A DNA stretch of 63,377 nucleotides, filler included, from a candidate division WOR-3 bacterium (GTDB lineage: Bacteria > SDB-A): the NCBI GenBank assembly GCA_016934535.1. It is 5 parts of 5 records of this genome, joined end to end, with 100 filler letters (N's around TTAATTAATTAA, not from the genome) between each part and the next. Parts side by side here need not be neighbours in the genome. Positions count along the whole stretch, not along the records: positions 1 to 18,195 come from JAFGSQ010000073.1; 4 more parts are not named here. One strand, given 5' to 3'. The notes under the pieces are model-generated. The model ran no database searches. It was given only the letters and a program-made list of their open reading frames with translations, and was not told where the DNA came from. The stretch's first letter is position 1. The number at the start of each line of letters is the position of its first letter. The translations under genes and the position numbers were made by a program. Shown here piece after piece: positions 1 to 10,015 of this stretch.

Positions 1-41
1 AGATATTACAAAAAAAAAACAGGCAAGTAAAGAAAAAACCC

Positions 42-71
42 TTGACAAAAAAAACAAACAGTGTTTATATT
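42..71 (+). promoter_or_regulatory. sigma70-type promoter upstream of two small ORFs
   Basis: TTGACA (42-47), 18-nt spacer, TATATT (66-71); A-rich upstream tract. Confidence 0.6.
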
Positions 72-120
72 ATCAAATGTATTAGTAATAATAAATAATG
101 TTCGATAAAAGGAGGCTGAA

Positions 121-240
121 ATGAAAAAAGTCGTTCTAAAAAAAGAAAACACAAAAAAGAGCATAAACAAAAGAATCAGGGAACATAAATCAAAAACAGC
201 AAGATACCTGTTTTCGTGGAATCCCCTGTTCATCTGGTGA
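121..240 (+). CDS. 39-aa small protein MKKVVLKKENTKKSINKRIREHKSKTARYLFSWNPLFIW
   Basis: Translated by hand (below ORF-track cutoff); AGGAGG RBS at 110-115, 5 nt before ATG. Confidence 0.6.
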   Translation: MKKVVLKKENTKKSINKRIREHKSKTARYLFSWNPLFIW

Positions 241-248
241 GGTTTGAA

Positions 249-365
249 ATGAAAACAGTAAAAACTTGTATTTTAACCCCAATGAATTTCCGGTTATATC
301 CATTTTACGACGAATCGAAGATAAATATCTTCGATAACTGTTCACCGTTTTTGAAAAATTTCTGA
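249..365 (+). CDS. 38-aa small protein MKTVKTCILTPMNFRLYPFYDESKINIFDNCSPFLKNF
   Basis: Translated by hand; GAGG overlapping the previous stop codon; ends just before a terminator. Confidence 0.45.
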   Translation: MKTVKTCILTPMNFRLYPFYDESKINIFDNCSPFLKNF

Positions 366-383
366 CATAAAAGTTCCGTTAGA

Positions 384-425
384 GCCGGCGAAGTATTATA
401 ATCCATTACTTCGCCGGTTTTTTTA
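384..425 (+). terminator. Rho-independent terminator
   Basis: GCCGGCGAAGTA...TACTTCGCCGGT stem followed by a T tract. Confidence 0.8.
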
Positions 426-458
426 TGCAAAAGAAAATTGAATTTGATGAGAGGAAAA

Positions 459-1826
459 ATGATTCTTCTTGAAAATTGTCTCGCCATTGCGACCTTCGAC
501 GAAAATGAAAGAGAGTTATCAGGTTACGACATCCTTATCGACGGAAAAAAGATTAAAAAAATAGACAAACCCGTCGTTATACCAGCCGATTTTACCGGCG
601 AAAAAATTGACTGCCGAAATCATGTTGCCGTACCCGGATTTACAAACACCCATCATCACATGTTCCAGTCTCTGACGAGAAATGTTGGACCTGTTCAAAA
701 CGCAAAGCTTTTTGACTGGCTGACATTTTTGTACGGAGTTTGGTCCGGCATCGACGAAGAGTGTGTCTATTTTTCCACGCTTCTTTCATGCGCGGAACTG
801 CTAAAAACCGGCTGTGCAGTTACGTCAGACCACATGTATCTATATCCTCCGGGAATATCAGGGAGTATACTCGAGATTCAGTTTGAAGCTGCTGCAAAAA
901 TCGGCATTAGATTCGCACCTTCCCGCGGAACGATGACCAGGGGTAAAAGTAACGGAGGTCTGCCTCCGGATAAAATTGTACAAAATCCCGAAACTGTAAT
1001 AAAAGACATGGAAGAATCCATTGGCCGTTTTCATGACCCCGATCCTTTTTCCATGTCGAGAATAATTCTCGCTCCGTGCAGCCCTTTCACGGTCGAAAAA
1101 CAAGTCATGAAGGACGCCCTTCAACTGGGACGGTCAAAAAACGTGATTCTCCACACGCATCTCGCTGAAACTCGCGACGAAGATATATTCTGCAAGGAAA
1201 CGTACGGTAAAAGACCTCTAGAATTGATGGCCGAACTGGAATGGATCGGCAAAGACGTTTTTTACGCCCACGGCATCTGGTTCACCGACGATGAAATTCG
1301 CCTTCTCGCTCTATCAGGAACAGGCATATCCCACTGCCCTTCGTCTAACATGCGTCTTGGTTCAGGAATCGCTAAAATAAAAAAAATGAAAGAGCTCGGT
1401 GTCAGGATATCTCTCGGTGTTGACGGCTCTGCTTCGAACGACAGTTCGGACATGCTCGCGGAAGCAAGAAACGCCATGCTTCTGGCGAGAGTGAGTGGAG
1501 GCCCGGACGCCTTGACGGCAAGAGACGTGCTCAGGTTCGCGTGTAAAAACGGCGCACAAATGCTCGGTTTTGAAAACTCAGGAAGCATTGAAGAGGGTAA
1601 ATCCGCCGACATATCGCTCTTCGACATGAGCGGATTGGAACGCGCAGGATCGCTCTCCGATCCCGTCGCTTCACTTGTTTTTACAGGTTTTTCTCATCAG
1701 GCAGACATGACTGTCGTAAACGGTAAAATTGTGGTCAGAAATGGAAAACTGACGACGTGCGATGAACGTGAAATCACGGAAAAAGCTTGTTTATTGTCGA
1801 AAAAACTGCTCGAAAAACGCGCCTGA
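459..1826 (+). CDS. 8-oxoguanine deaminase-like amidohydrolase
   Basis: NTHHH, HTHLAET, AHG, HCPSSNMRLGSG and LGVDGSASND motifs; start moved to ATG 459 (GAGGA RBS). Confidence 0.85.
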   Translation: MILLENCLAIATFDENERELSGYDILIDGKKIKKIDKPVVIPADFTGEKIDCRNHVAVPGFTNTHHHMFQSLTRNVGPVQNAKLFDWLTFLYGVWSGIDEECVYFSTLLSCAELLKTGCAVTSDHMYLYPPGISGSILEIQFEAAAKIGIRFAPSRGTMTRGKSNGGLPPDKIVQNPETVIKDMEESIGRFHDPDPFSMSRIILAPCSPFTVEKQVMKDALQLGRSKNVILHTHLAETRDEDIFCKETYGKRPLELMAELEWIGKDVFYAHGIWFTDDEIRLLALSGTGISHCPSSNMRLGSGIAKIKKMKELGVRISLGVDGSASNDSSDMLAEARNAMLLARVSGGPDALTARDVLRFACKNGAQMLGFENSGSIEEGKSADISLFDMSGLERAGSLSDPVASLVFTGFSHQADMTVVNGKIVVRNGKLTTCDEREITEKACLLSKKLLEKRA

Positions 1827-1857
1827 CACAACTGTTTCCACAATCTTCTTCATACTT

Positions 1858-3138
1858 TTAATCGCAATAAACCACAGGCAATTCATTCCAGTCGGTAGTG
1901 AACCTTTTTGAAAGCCGGTTTCTTTTCATCTTCCACGATCCGTCAAATCCTGATGAAGCGAATTTGATGGTGTTGTTACCCATTTTTTTGTTTATCTCGT
2001 CTATTGTTTTCATTATTTTTGAATCTCCATTATCCTCGCCGAATTCCGAGAACAAAGAATTCGACGTTTCTTCTTCTCCTATCAAACCTGTAAAAACAAT
2101 TCCTGCTTTTTTGTATTTGTAACCTTGTTTGTAAATTTTTTCGAGTGCCCTGTGCGCGAGTTTTATCAGGGGGGGCGGATAGGCCGTAGGTGAAGCGATT
2201 TTGACATCCAGCCAATTTGCGTATTGAAGATCTTTATCACTAAACCTGTCCGTGGTTATGTAAACAGTCATTGTCAGCGGGATAGATTTCTGTTTTCTCA
2301 TCTTGTCGGAGGCGACGGTTACATACTCGGACAACGCTGTTTTAAGTTCATTTATTTTCTCTACGGGTCTCCCGAATGACCTGGAACAGGCGATCCCTTT
2401 TTTATCCGGTACTGCAGATTCGAGATCTATGCAAGGAATACCGTTGAGTTCTAGGGCAGTCTTCAGCCCCGTTACCGTCAAGTTCTTCAACACCCAGTCC
2501 CTGTCGGCATTTTTCAAATCGAGTGCGGAGAATATACCATTTGCCGCAAGTTTATCCGACTGCTTCAACCCTATTCCCCACAAATCCCGAGTGTTCGTCT
2601 TCGAAAGGATTTCGTCTATTTTTGTTCGGTCGAATAGACTGAAGACGCCGCTGTCGCTTTTTTTGGCATTTCTGTTGGCCGCTTTTGCGAGAGTTTTCGT
2701 TTGCGCGACTCCGACAGAAACCGGAATTCCTGTCCATTTTAAAACCGTATTTTTTATTTCTCTCGCGTATGAAGTCATGTCCTGTTCCGTAAATCCACCC
2801 AGAGAGACAAACGCCTCGTCTATCGAATATACCTCGATTTCAGGAGAAAATCTTTTCAGGGTTTGCATAACCCTCGATGACATGTCCTGGTACAGCGCGT
2901 AATTTGAGGAAAATACGCGGACAAAATTTTTCATGACGAGATCTTTTATCTTAAAAACCGGTGTACCCATTTCAATACCGAGCGCTTTTGCTTCGTTGGA
3001 CCTTGATACGACACATCCGTCGTTGTTAGAAAGAACTATGACGGGGACGCTCTTTAAAGAGGGTTCGAAAACTCTCTCGCATGAAACATAAAAATTATTG
3101 CAGTCGACCAGGGCTATCGGAGGAACGTCTTTTTCCAT
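1858..3138 (-). CDS. umuC: Y-family DNA polymerase V subunit UmuC
   Basis: [27 protein letters not shown] motifs; C-terminal [17 protein letters not shown]. Confidence 0.93.
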   Translation of the reverse strand: MEKDVPPIALVDCNNFYVSCERVFEPSLKSVPVIVLSNNDGCVVSRSNEAKALGIEMGTPVFKIKDLVMKNFVRVFSSNYALYQDMSSRVMQTLKRFSPEIEVYSIDEAFVSLGGFTEQDMTSYAREIKNTVLKWTGIPVSVGVAQTKTLAKAANRNAKKSDSGVFSLFDRTKIDEILSKTNTRDLWGIGLKQSDKLAANGIFSALDLKNADRDWVLKNLTVTGLKTALELNGIPCIDLESAVPDKKGIACSRSFGRPVEKINELKTALSEYVTVASDKMRKQKSIPLTMTVYITTDRFSDKDLQYANWLDVKIASPTAYPPPLIKLAHRALEKIYKQGYKYKKAGIVFTGLIGEEETSNSLFSEFGEDNGDSKIMKTIDEINKKMGNNTIKFASSGFDGSWKMKRNRLSKRFTTDWNELPVVYCD

Positions 3139-3148
3139 TTGATCCCCG

Positions 3149-3589
3149 TCACAAAGGATGTATGACGTGCGTTACGACGCCCCACACTTCGCAATTCATT
3201 TCTGATTTTATCTCAATGGGTTTAAAATTGTCATTTTCGGGAATAAGGAATATTTTGTCTTTTTTTTTCATTATTCTCTTAACAGTGAATTCACCGTCGA
3301 GGACAGCTATGACTATTTTGTTGTTGGCTGGTTCCTGAGACCTGTCTACTATGAGCAGGTCTCCGGAATGAATTCCGGCCCCTATCATGGAATCTCCGGA
3401 CACTTTGATAAAAAAAGTCGCCGAAGGATGTTTTATAAGATACTCGTTCAAATCCAGCTTTTTCTCCGAGTATTCTTCCGCCGGCGAAGGGAATCCGGCC
3501 GATATTTTAGTATGAAAAAAGGGCAGTTTTCGTTTTGTTCTTTTTTCAAAAGAAAATATTTCGGTTACTTTAATCTCTTTGTTGTCCAC
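3149..3589 (-). CDS. umuD: UmuD autoprotease (S24)
   Basis: SAGFPSPA cleavage region, GDSM serine and TVKR lysine; directly upstream of umuC. Confidence 0.92.
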   Translation of the reverse strand: MDNKEIKVTEIFSFEKRTKRKLPFFHTKISAGFPSPAEEYSEKKLDLNEYLIKHPSATFFIKVSGDSMIGAGIHSGDLLIVDRSQEPANNKIVIAVLDGEFTVKRIMKKKDKIFLIPENDNFKPIEIKSEMNCEVWGVVTHVIHPL

Positions 3590-3606
3590 ACCGGATTTTA
3601 TTTGTT

Positions 3607-4881
3607 TTACACATCAGGGTCAATCCCGGGAACAGGAGCGTGGGTTTTACGGGAAATCCAATCGAATATTTCTTTTTTCATTTTTGAGTGTTTCCTGTAA
3701 TTTTCGCGCCTTGCACGATCGGAAACAAGCTCCGCGAACGCTCCGCCGTGCTTTTTCAGAAGACCGGTCATCCTGTATATGTAAGCTAAAAAAATGTCAG
3801 GGAAATAATTTTTTGTTCCGTGCAATTCTTTAATCACGTCGGGTTTTGGAAAAAGGCTGTAAAAAATACTCCTGAAATTCTGCCGCAAACCTTCATCTTT
3901 TTTGAATCTGCTGAAAGCGCTGTGCATAAGAACCGGGTCGTCCCTGATCAGGGAGATTGCATCGTATATTATTTTTTTATCGGGCGTGTTCACTGCGGCA
4001 ATTATTCCGGTTTCCGGCGGGAAATTAACACCGAAAATTTCCTCCGCCGTCCTGAAGACCAGGCTTACTGCTCTTTGGGCATGACCTGACAATGTTATTT
4101 GACAAAACTTTTCCCAGTCAATCTTTTCAAGGCATACAATCTCGGCGATGTCCAGAAGATGAATAATTTTTAGACAAAAACCGTGCTGAAAAGAAAGATG
4201 CACGCAAAGAAACAACAGAAGATATTCCAAAGACATTACTTCAATTTCAACTCCGGCGATTTTCTCTTTAACCGCGTTTTTCCAGATATCGTTCAGAGAA
4301 ATAGTGAAAGGATTTTCTTTCGGCAAAATATCCCAATGAAGTTCAATTTTCAAACGCGTTTTGCTATTCTCCAAAAACGAGGTCATGTCGTAGCCCAGGT
4401 GATAATGGTATTTTTCTATCCACGTCTTGTTCCACTTCTCTGGTTTCGCCATTGCTCTTAGGAGCCTGTCGGCTTTTTCCGTGTCGTTCTTCCTGACCAG
4501 AAGGTCTATGTCCTGCATCGGTCTTTTTTTTAAACTCCCGTATACAGATTCAGCGACGTGCAAACCTTTTAAAAGAATGAATCTTATTCCTTCGTTTTTA
4601 AAAACCCTTTGCAGTTCTCCGAGAACAGATGAAAATGCGACTGAATCGCGCCAAAGTGGGGCATACGCGGCGGTAAGTTCCCTAAAAATTTCTCGAGAAA
4701 TTTCACCTTCTCCGGTTTCTTTCAGCAATTCTGAAAGATAACCCGATACACCGTGCACTGCGGATAATCCGACAATGGTCTTCCACGTTCTCTCCGGAAT
4801 TTCAGGGAGGGATTTTCCCTTATTCACCGGCGAAATAATCTGCGAAAGAAGCACGAAGGCAGTCTTTTCGGTTTCATTCAT
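3607..4881 (-). CDS. Nucleotidyltransferase family protein (NTP_transf_5-like)
   Basis: LLKG...Y...RPMQDIDLLV and IELHW motifs; start at MNETEK overlaps the upstream stop. Confidence 0.8.
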   Translation of the reverse strand: MNETEKTAFVLLSQIISPVNKGKSLPEIPERTWKTIVGLSAVHGVSGYLSELLKETGEGEISREIFRELTAAYAPLWRDSVAFSSVLGELQRVFKNEGIRFILLKGLHVAESVYGSLKKRPMQDIDLLVRKNDTEKADRLLRAMAKPEKWNKTWIEKYHYHLGYDMTSFLENSKTRLKIELHWDILPKENPFTISLNDIWKNAVKEKIAGVEIEVMSLEYLLLFLCVHLSFQHGFCLKIIHLLDIAEIVCLEKIDWEKFCQITLSGHAQRAVSLVFRTAEEIFGVNFPPETGIIAAVNTPDKKIIYDAISLIRDDPVLMHSAFSRFKKDEGLRQNFRSIFYSLFPKPDVIKELHGTKNYFPDIFLAYIYRMTGLLKKHGGAFAELVSDRARRENYRKHSKMKKEIFDWISRKTHAPVPGIDPDV

Positions 4882-6676
4882 GCCGTTTTCCCGTTTCGCC
4901 GGTCTGGTATAAATAAGAAGATGCATATATCCCGTTTTTTTCAATCAGTTCTTTATGCAATCCTTCTTCCGAAATCTCTCCGTTTTCCAGAACATACACG
5001 TAATCAGCCTTGACAACATTTGAAAATCTGTGGCTTATCAGAATCACAGCGGCTTCTTTGGCGGCTTCCCGCAGGGCTTCCATGACTGATTCTTCGGACA
5101 AAGCGTCCAGGTAAGCGGTTGGCTCATCAAAAACATAAACAGACGCCTTTTTGAAAAGACATCTCGCTATCGCGATTTTCTGCCATTCTCCCGCGCTCAG
5201 TTCTCTGCCTCCTTCAAACCATCTTCCGAGGCGTGTATCAAAACCTTTTTCCATTTTTTCAATGACAGTTTTGATTCTTGCTTTTTCCGCGATTTCCTTG
5301 ATCGAGCTAAAATCATTTTGTCTGATGATGTCCCCGAGCCAGACATTTTCACCCGCCGTTAGCTGATATTTCTGAAAATCCTGATACACGGCCGAAACCG
5401 ATTCGAACCAGGTTTCGGGCTCGATCTGCCGCAAATCGGTGTCATCGGCGATCACCCTTCCTTCGTCGGGGTCGTAAAACCTGCAAATCAGTTTTGCTAC
5501 CGTTGTTTTGCCAGAGCCGTTCCCTCCGACAATAGCCGTCACGCGACCTCTCTCAAAATCCATGTTCACTCTTTTAAGCGCCTTATCAGGTGATCCGGGA
5601 TACGAAAAAGTTACGTCTTCAATTTTTACACGGTGTCTGCATTCGGCTTTTACGACCTGCGGCAAAATCGAAACGGCAGTTCTGCTTTTCAACCCGAGAA
5701 AATCCGAAAAGTATGACAAAAACAATCCGCTTTCATAAAGACCGACAAACCCGCCAAGAAGACTTCTCAGGCTTCCCTGTCCTCTTTGAAACGCCTGAAA
5801 AAACATAACGAGATTGCCTAAAGACAAAATTCCACCGTAAGTTTCAGAGGTCAGGTAAACCAGGAGTGCTGCGAGAACAGCAGACGAAAGAGTCTGCGCG
5901 GCGAAATCAGAAGCGGCTCTCTTCTTTTTAATAGAAAGAAGCTGACCTCTCAGCATTTTTCTGAAATTTTTAAATCTCTCTTTGAAAAGACCGGCAATGC
6001 CGAAAAGCCTCAGTTCTTTTGCGCTTCCTTCCGAAGTCAGCAAAAAACTGTAATACCAGGTCTCTCTTTCGTATTTCGTTACTTCTTTCTGCCATTTATA
6101 TGTTTTTTTGACAAAAAACATATGGACTGCCGTGCCCGGTACGACTGCGGCAAATAGCACAAATCCGGCAACGCGGCTGAAAGAAAGAATCAACGCAGCT
6201 GTTCCGGCAAAGGTCAGCAGATTCTGAAAAATCGAGAAAATCTGATTCAAGACCACCGTCGGCCTATAGGGAGCTTCTCTTTGTGCTCTGTGAAGCGTGT
6301 CATGGTATTCGGGGTTTTCGTAAAATGATATGTCAATCTCAGAGGATTTGCCGTGCATCGTTTCGTAAATCTTATCCATGATTTTCAGGGAGTGATACTC
6401 GGTGACGACCTCGTTGAGCGAGTCGGCAATAAAGCTTACCGCGTATGCGGTTCCGGCAGCAACAATCAAAACAAGCGATCTCAAGAAAGCACCATCTGGT
6501 TCAGGCGAACTGACTCCCAAAACGACAGAATCGACGAAAAGCTTAACTATGTATAAGAGAGAGACCGGAATCACCGCACGCACGGCGGTAAGAATAATCC
6601 TGGCAAAAAGAAGCTTTTTCGAAGCCTGATAGACTGCAGAGAGAGCAGTCATAAACCGCGAAACACCGTTTTTCAA
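4874..6676 (-). CDS. ABC exporter, fused permease/ATPase
   Basis: N-terminal TM helices; Walker A GGNGSGKT, signature LSAGEWQK, Walker B VFDEPT. Confidence 0.9.
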   Translation of the reverse strand: MKNGVSRFMTALSAVYQASKKLLFARIILTAVRAVIPVSLLYIVKLFVDSVVLGVSSPEPDGAFLRSLVLIVAAGTAYAVSFIADSLNEVVTEYHSLKIMDKIYETMHGKSSEIDISFYENPEYHDTLHRAQREAPYRPTVVLNQIFSIFQNLLTFAGTAALILSFSRVAGFVLFAAVVPGTAVHMFFVKKTYKWQKEVTKYERETWYYSFLLTSEGSAKELRLFGIAGLFKERFKNFRKMLRGQLLSIKKKRAASDFAAQTLSSAVLAALLVYLTSETYGGILSLGNLVMFFQAFQRGQGSLRSLLGGFVGLYESGLFLSYFSDFLGLKSRTAVSILPQVVKAECRHRVKIEDVTFSYPGSPDKALKRVNMDFERGRVTAIVGGNGSGKTTVAKLICRFYDPDEGRVIADDTDLRQIEPETWFESVSAVYQDFQKYQLTAGENVWLGDIIRQNDFSSIKEIAEKARIKTVIEKMEKGFDTRLGRWFEGGRELSAGEWQKIAIARCLFKKASVYVFDEPTAYLDALSEESVMEALREAAKEAAVILISHRFSNVVKADYVYVLENGEISEEGLHKELIEKNGIYASSYLYQTGETGKRHE

Positions 6677-6685
6677 ATCAGCCTG

Positions 6686-7468
6686 TCACATTGTTGAAGG
6701 TCCGTTGAGCAGTTTGTCTTCAAACCAATCCCTGTCGTAAAGGTTCATCAGCCTCGTCAATCCTTCCCAAACGTATTCGTCTGTTCCGTCCAAGTGCCTT
6801 CTCAGCCAGAAACCGAAAGACATGCCGACTGTCCAGTAAGAATATCCGGTCCCATAATCATATTCTGAAAGCAGATTTCCGTATTCTTTGTCAAGATAAG
6901 TCAGCGCTTCAAATCCTCCTTCAACGACAATCTCTTTGTATTTTCTGGAATCGTTTTCTATTACTCTGTATTTATCAAGAAAAAGGTAACTTTCCGTCAT
7001 GAGCCTGAAAAATCTTCTGAACACCCTCTGATATACATATCTGTATGTTTCTCTTCTGAATCTGTCCTCAGGGGAGGGGATGAGATTTTCATAACCCCAA
7101 ACGATTATTTCGGGATTGTAATAGCCGAATTCCTCTTCTTTTAAAAGAATCGGTAATTTAGCCGCTCTTTCTATCAATTTCAAATCATAAAAGCGATGAG
7201 ATCTGTCTATTCCGAGTTGTCTCGCAAAACCGTCCAACAATCCTCCGTAAAACAGAATTCCGTTGACGCCGCCTAAAAGCATTTTTTCCTTGTCGCATGA
7301 CTCGAACATGTACTCGTAAGGATTCTCGAACCAGGTTTCGTATATAGTCTTCAGGTCTTCTTTCGAGAGAGGTTCGCCGAAACTGCTTCTCCTGTCGAAA
7401 TTTTTTAACGCCGAACAGGCCGGTAAAAAAAGCGATAAAAAAATGAAAATCGTTACATGCTTTTTCAA
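6686..7468 (-). CDS. Hypothetical lipoprotein
   Basis: GAAGGAGG RBS before a TTG start; signal peptide with LPAC lipobox. Confidence 0.65.
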   Translation of the reverse strand: MKKHVTIFIFLSLFLPACSALKNFDRRSSFGEPLSKEDLKTIYETWFENPYEYMFESCDKEKMLLGGVNGILFYGGLLDGFARQLGIDRSHRFYDLKLIERAAKLPILLKEEEFGYYNPEIIVWGYENLIPSPEDRFRRETYRYVYQRVFRRFFRLMTESYLFLDKYRVIENDSRKYKEIVVEGGFEALTYLDKEYGNLLSEYDYGTGYSYWTVGMSFGFWLRRHLDGTDEYVWEGLTRLMNLYDRDWFEDKLLNGPSTM

Positions 7469-7548
7469 ATCGCCTCCTTCTGTTTTTCGTCCGTGGACAT
7501 GAACAAATATTTTGTATATCATTATCCGAAAAATGGCAAGGAGACACA

Positions 7549-8193
7549 ATGAGAACTGTATTGTTAGTTTTGCTGATTACGGCTGTTCTAGCGGGAGGGT
7601 GTTCGGAAAAAGCATCCTCAGTCAACACCTCGCAGGATCAAACCGTTCCTGAAAACAATTACTTAAGTTTCAATCTGAAATCGGCTGAAAACCTCAAATA
7701 TCTGAAAGACGGCGATTACGTTCTTGCTTTTTCCGGCGCGACCGTCACCGAGGGCTCCTACTCAAGTCTTTCACTGCTTTTTTCATCGGCTGTTGATTCT
7801 CTTGACAGCGTCTGTTTTGAATTGATGCTGCCGGCTACGGACAGATTTTCAGTGTTTGTCGGTATGTGCACTCCGGAGGGATGTGTGCTGGACCTAATCA
7901 AACCAGAAGATAAATTCACGGTATGCGATTCGGAATATGTCGGAATCATGACCGCCTTTGACGAGCCTATTTCGCCGGCGATTCATCTTTCTTACATCAG
8001 AGAAGGAAAACCTCTTGAAACAGTGTCATTTGACAAGTTCGAAATAACGTTTGACTCCTTCATGGCCGAAGACGTGTTAATATCCGCTTTGTCAAGTTGC
8101 ATCAAATTATCATCCGCTCAATATCCGGAACTTGTTTTTCAAGGAAATTTTTCGGTTTCAGAAAAAGAACCGGTTCAAATGATGGTAGATTGA
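7549..8193 (+). CDS. Hypothetical lipoprotein
   Basis: AAGGAG RBS; hydrophobic signal ending LAGGC. Confidence 0.7.
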   Translation: MRTVLLVLLITAVLAGGCSEKASSVNTSQDQTVPENNYLSFNLKSAENLKYLKDGDYVLAFSGATVTEGSYSSLSLLFSSAVDSLDSVCFELMLPATDRFSVFVGMCTPEGCVLDLIKPEDKFTVCDSEYVGIMTAFDEPISPAIHLSYIREGKPLETVSFDKFEITFDSFMAEDVLISALSSCIKLSSAQYPELVFQGNFSVSEKEPVQMMVD

Positions 8194-8195
8194 CG

Positions 8196-8570
8196 TTGAA
8201 TAAATTCGTTTACCTGGTTTACATTCTGATTTTTGGCTGTGCCGGTCATAAGAATTACATTGTCGACAATACATTCGACGGCGACAGCATAACTGTCCGA
8301 ATAAACAAACCGTTAAAAATTGTTCTTCCGTCGAATCCTTCCACAGGATTTCAGTGGAATCCCTGTTCGACAGACAAAAACATCGTCTCTTTTGACTCTT
8401 CGTTCTTCTCAGCCAAAAACGAAGGTCTTTTAGGCTCTCCGGGAGAACAGGTGTTCACGATCAGGATTTTACGCGAAGTTGAACTGGATTTGGTTTTTTA
8501 TTATTCAAGGGAATGGGAAGAGGTTCCGCCGACAGACACTTTCGAAATATTCATAAAAACAGAACGTTAA
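8196..8570 (+). CDS. Chagasin/I42 cysteine-protease inhibitor family lipoprotein
   Basis: LPSNPSTGFQW, GSPG and YSREWE motifs; IFGC lipobox; TTG start inferred. Confidence 0.75.
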   Translation: MNKFVYLVYILIFGCAGHKNYIVDNTFDGDSITVRINKPLKIVLPSNPSTGFQWNPCSTDKNIVSFDSSFFSAKNEGLLGSPGEQVFTIRILREVELDLVFYYSREWEEVPPTDTFEIFIKTER

Positions 8571-8599
8571 CAAAAGTCAAAATTCTTCGCAAGTACCGG

Positions 8600-9247
8600 T
8601 CAAAGGTTGTGTTTTATCGTTTTTCCCGCTCCGATGAAAACGACATCTTCAGCTATGTTTGTAGTAAGATCGGCAATTCTCTCGAGATCGTGAGTGATGT
8701 TTATAAGCTTCAGCGCTCTTTCAATGGTAGTGGCGTCAGCGAGCATGAAGACTACAAGTTCCCTGATTATGCTGTCTTTTAAATCATCTACGACATCGTC
8801 GTTGGCGCATACTTCCCGCGCAAGGGCGATGTCTTCTTTTATAAACGAAACTATACTTTCCTTGAACATCTTCAGGACATCATCTTTCATTTTTACAAGA
8901 TCGGCATATTCTTTGACTTTCGGTTTTTCGATAAGAAAAAGCGAATGTTGGGCTATATTGACAGCGTGATCGCCCATTCTTTCCAAGTCGCTGTTCATTT
9001 CAAGTATCATCAGAACTTTTCTGAGATCGGATGCCTTAGGTCCGAATTGAGCCACTATGTGAGTGCAAAACTTTTCTATTTCGACTTCTTTTCTGTTCGC
9101 TTCGTTTTCGAGTTTGCCGATGACTTCATCGAGAACCATGCTGTCTCCGCTCATGAGTCCGTTAAGGCTTTTAACAATCATGTCCTCTATCAGAGAAGAG
9201 AATGAAATGATGTTTTCTTTAAGCTGTTCGATTTTTTCATGAAGCAT
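8600..9247 (-). CDS. phoU: Phosphate signalling protein PhoU
   Basis: DLERMGDHAVNIA and DLERIADLTTNIAE repeats; pst context. Confidence 0.93.
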   Translation of the reverse strand: MLHEKIEQLKENIISFSSLIEDMIVKSLNGLMSGDSMVLDEVIGKLENEANRKEVEIEKFCTHIVAQFGPKASDLRKVLMILEMNSDLERMGDHAVNIAQHSLFLIEKPKVKEYADLVKMKDDVLKMFKESIVSFIKEDIALAREVCANDDVVDDLKDSIIRELVVFMLADATTIERALKLINITHDLERIADLTTNIAEDVVFIGAGKTIKHNL

Positions 9248-9256
9248 AATGTCTCC

Positions 9257-10015
9257 TCAACTGAATTTTCCCGTGAGATATTCCTCCGTCTTTTTATCGT
9301 CCGGAGAAGTGAACATTTTTTCTGTTTTTCCGAATTCTACCAATTCTCCGAGAAAGAAAAAAGCCGTTAGGTCCGAGACCCGCGCCGCCTGCGACATGTT
9401 GTGCGTGACGAGCAAAAGCGTGACGTATTCCTTCATCTCGACGATAAGTTCTTCAATTTTAGCCGTCGATTTCGGATCCAATGCTGAAGTAGGTTCGTCA
9501 AGAAGGAGTATCTCGGGCTTCAGTGCGAGAGATCTTGCAATGCAGAGCCTTTGCTGTTGACCGCCCGACAAAAAAGTGCCTCTTTTGTAAAGATTGTCCT
9601 TGACTTCATTCCAGAGAGCCGCTTTTTTAAGTGAGTCCTCAACAATCAGGTCTCTTTCCGTACGGGATAATCTGATTCCGCCGAGTTTGTAACCTGCTAT
9701 TACATTGTCGTATATGTTCATCGTTGGAAACGGATTCGGTTTCTGAAACACCATTCCTATCTTTCTTCGTAAACCAATGGGGTCGAGTGAGTGTATTTCT
9801 TTCCCGTGCAAAAATATCTCGCCCTCGCGTCTGACGTTCGAATCGATTTCGTGCATCCTGTTTATAGCTCTGATGAAAGTTGTCTTTCCGCAGCCTGACG
9901 GCCCCATAATCGCCGTAACCTTTCCCGCTGGAATTTCTATGTTGATTTTATCAAGAGCTTTTGTTTCTCCATAGAAAAGAGAAAAATCAACGCTGTTTAA
10001 AATTTTACTTTCCAT
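9257..10015 (-). CDS. pstB: Phosphate ABC transporter ATPase
   Basis: GPSGCGKT, GMVFQKPNPFPT, LSGGQQQRLCIAR, DEPTSALDP; start at MESKIL. Confidence 0.95.
   Translation of the reverse strand: MESKILNSVDFSLFYGETKALDKINIEIPAGKVTAIMGPSGCGKTTFIRAINRMHEIDSNVRREGEIFLHGKEIHSLDPIGLRRKIGMVFQKPNPFPTMNIYDNVIAGYKLGGIRLSRTERDLIVEDSLKKAALWNEVKDNLYKRGTFLSGGQQQRLCIARSLALKPEILLLDEPTSALDPKSTAKIEELIVEMKEYVTLLLVTHNMSQAARVSDLTAFFFLGELVEFGKTEKMFTSPDDKKTEEYLTGKFS

Noticed and set aside
121-365. Lasso peptide precursors
   Set aside because: No Gly-started core with Asp/Glu at positions 7-9 after a Thr(-2) leader; no cyclase or peptidase nearby
240-458. Purine riboswitch upstream of the deaminase
   Set aside because: No purine-aptamer core recognisable; the region is explained by small ORFs and a terminator
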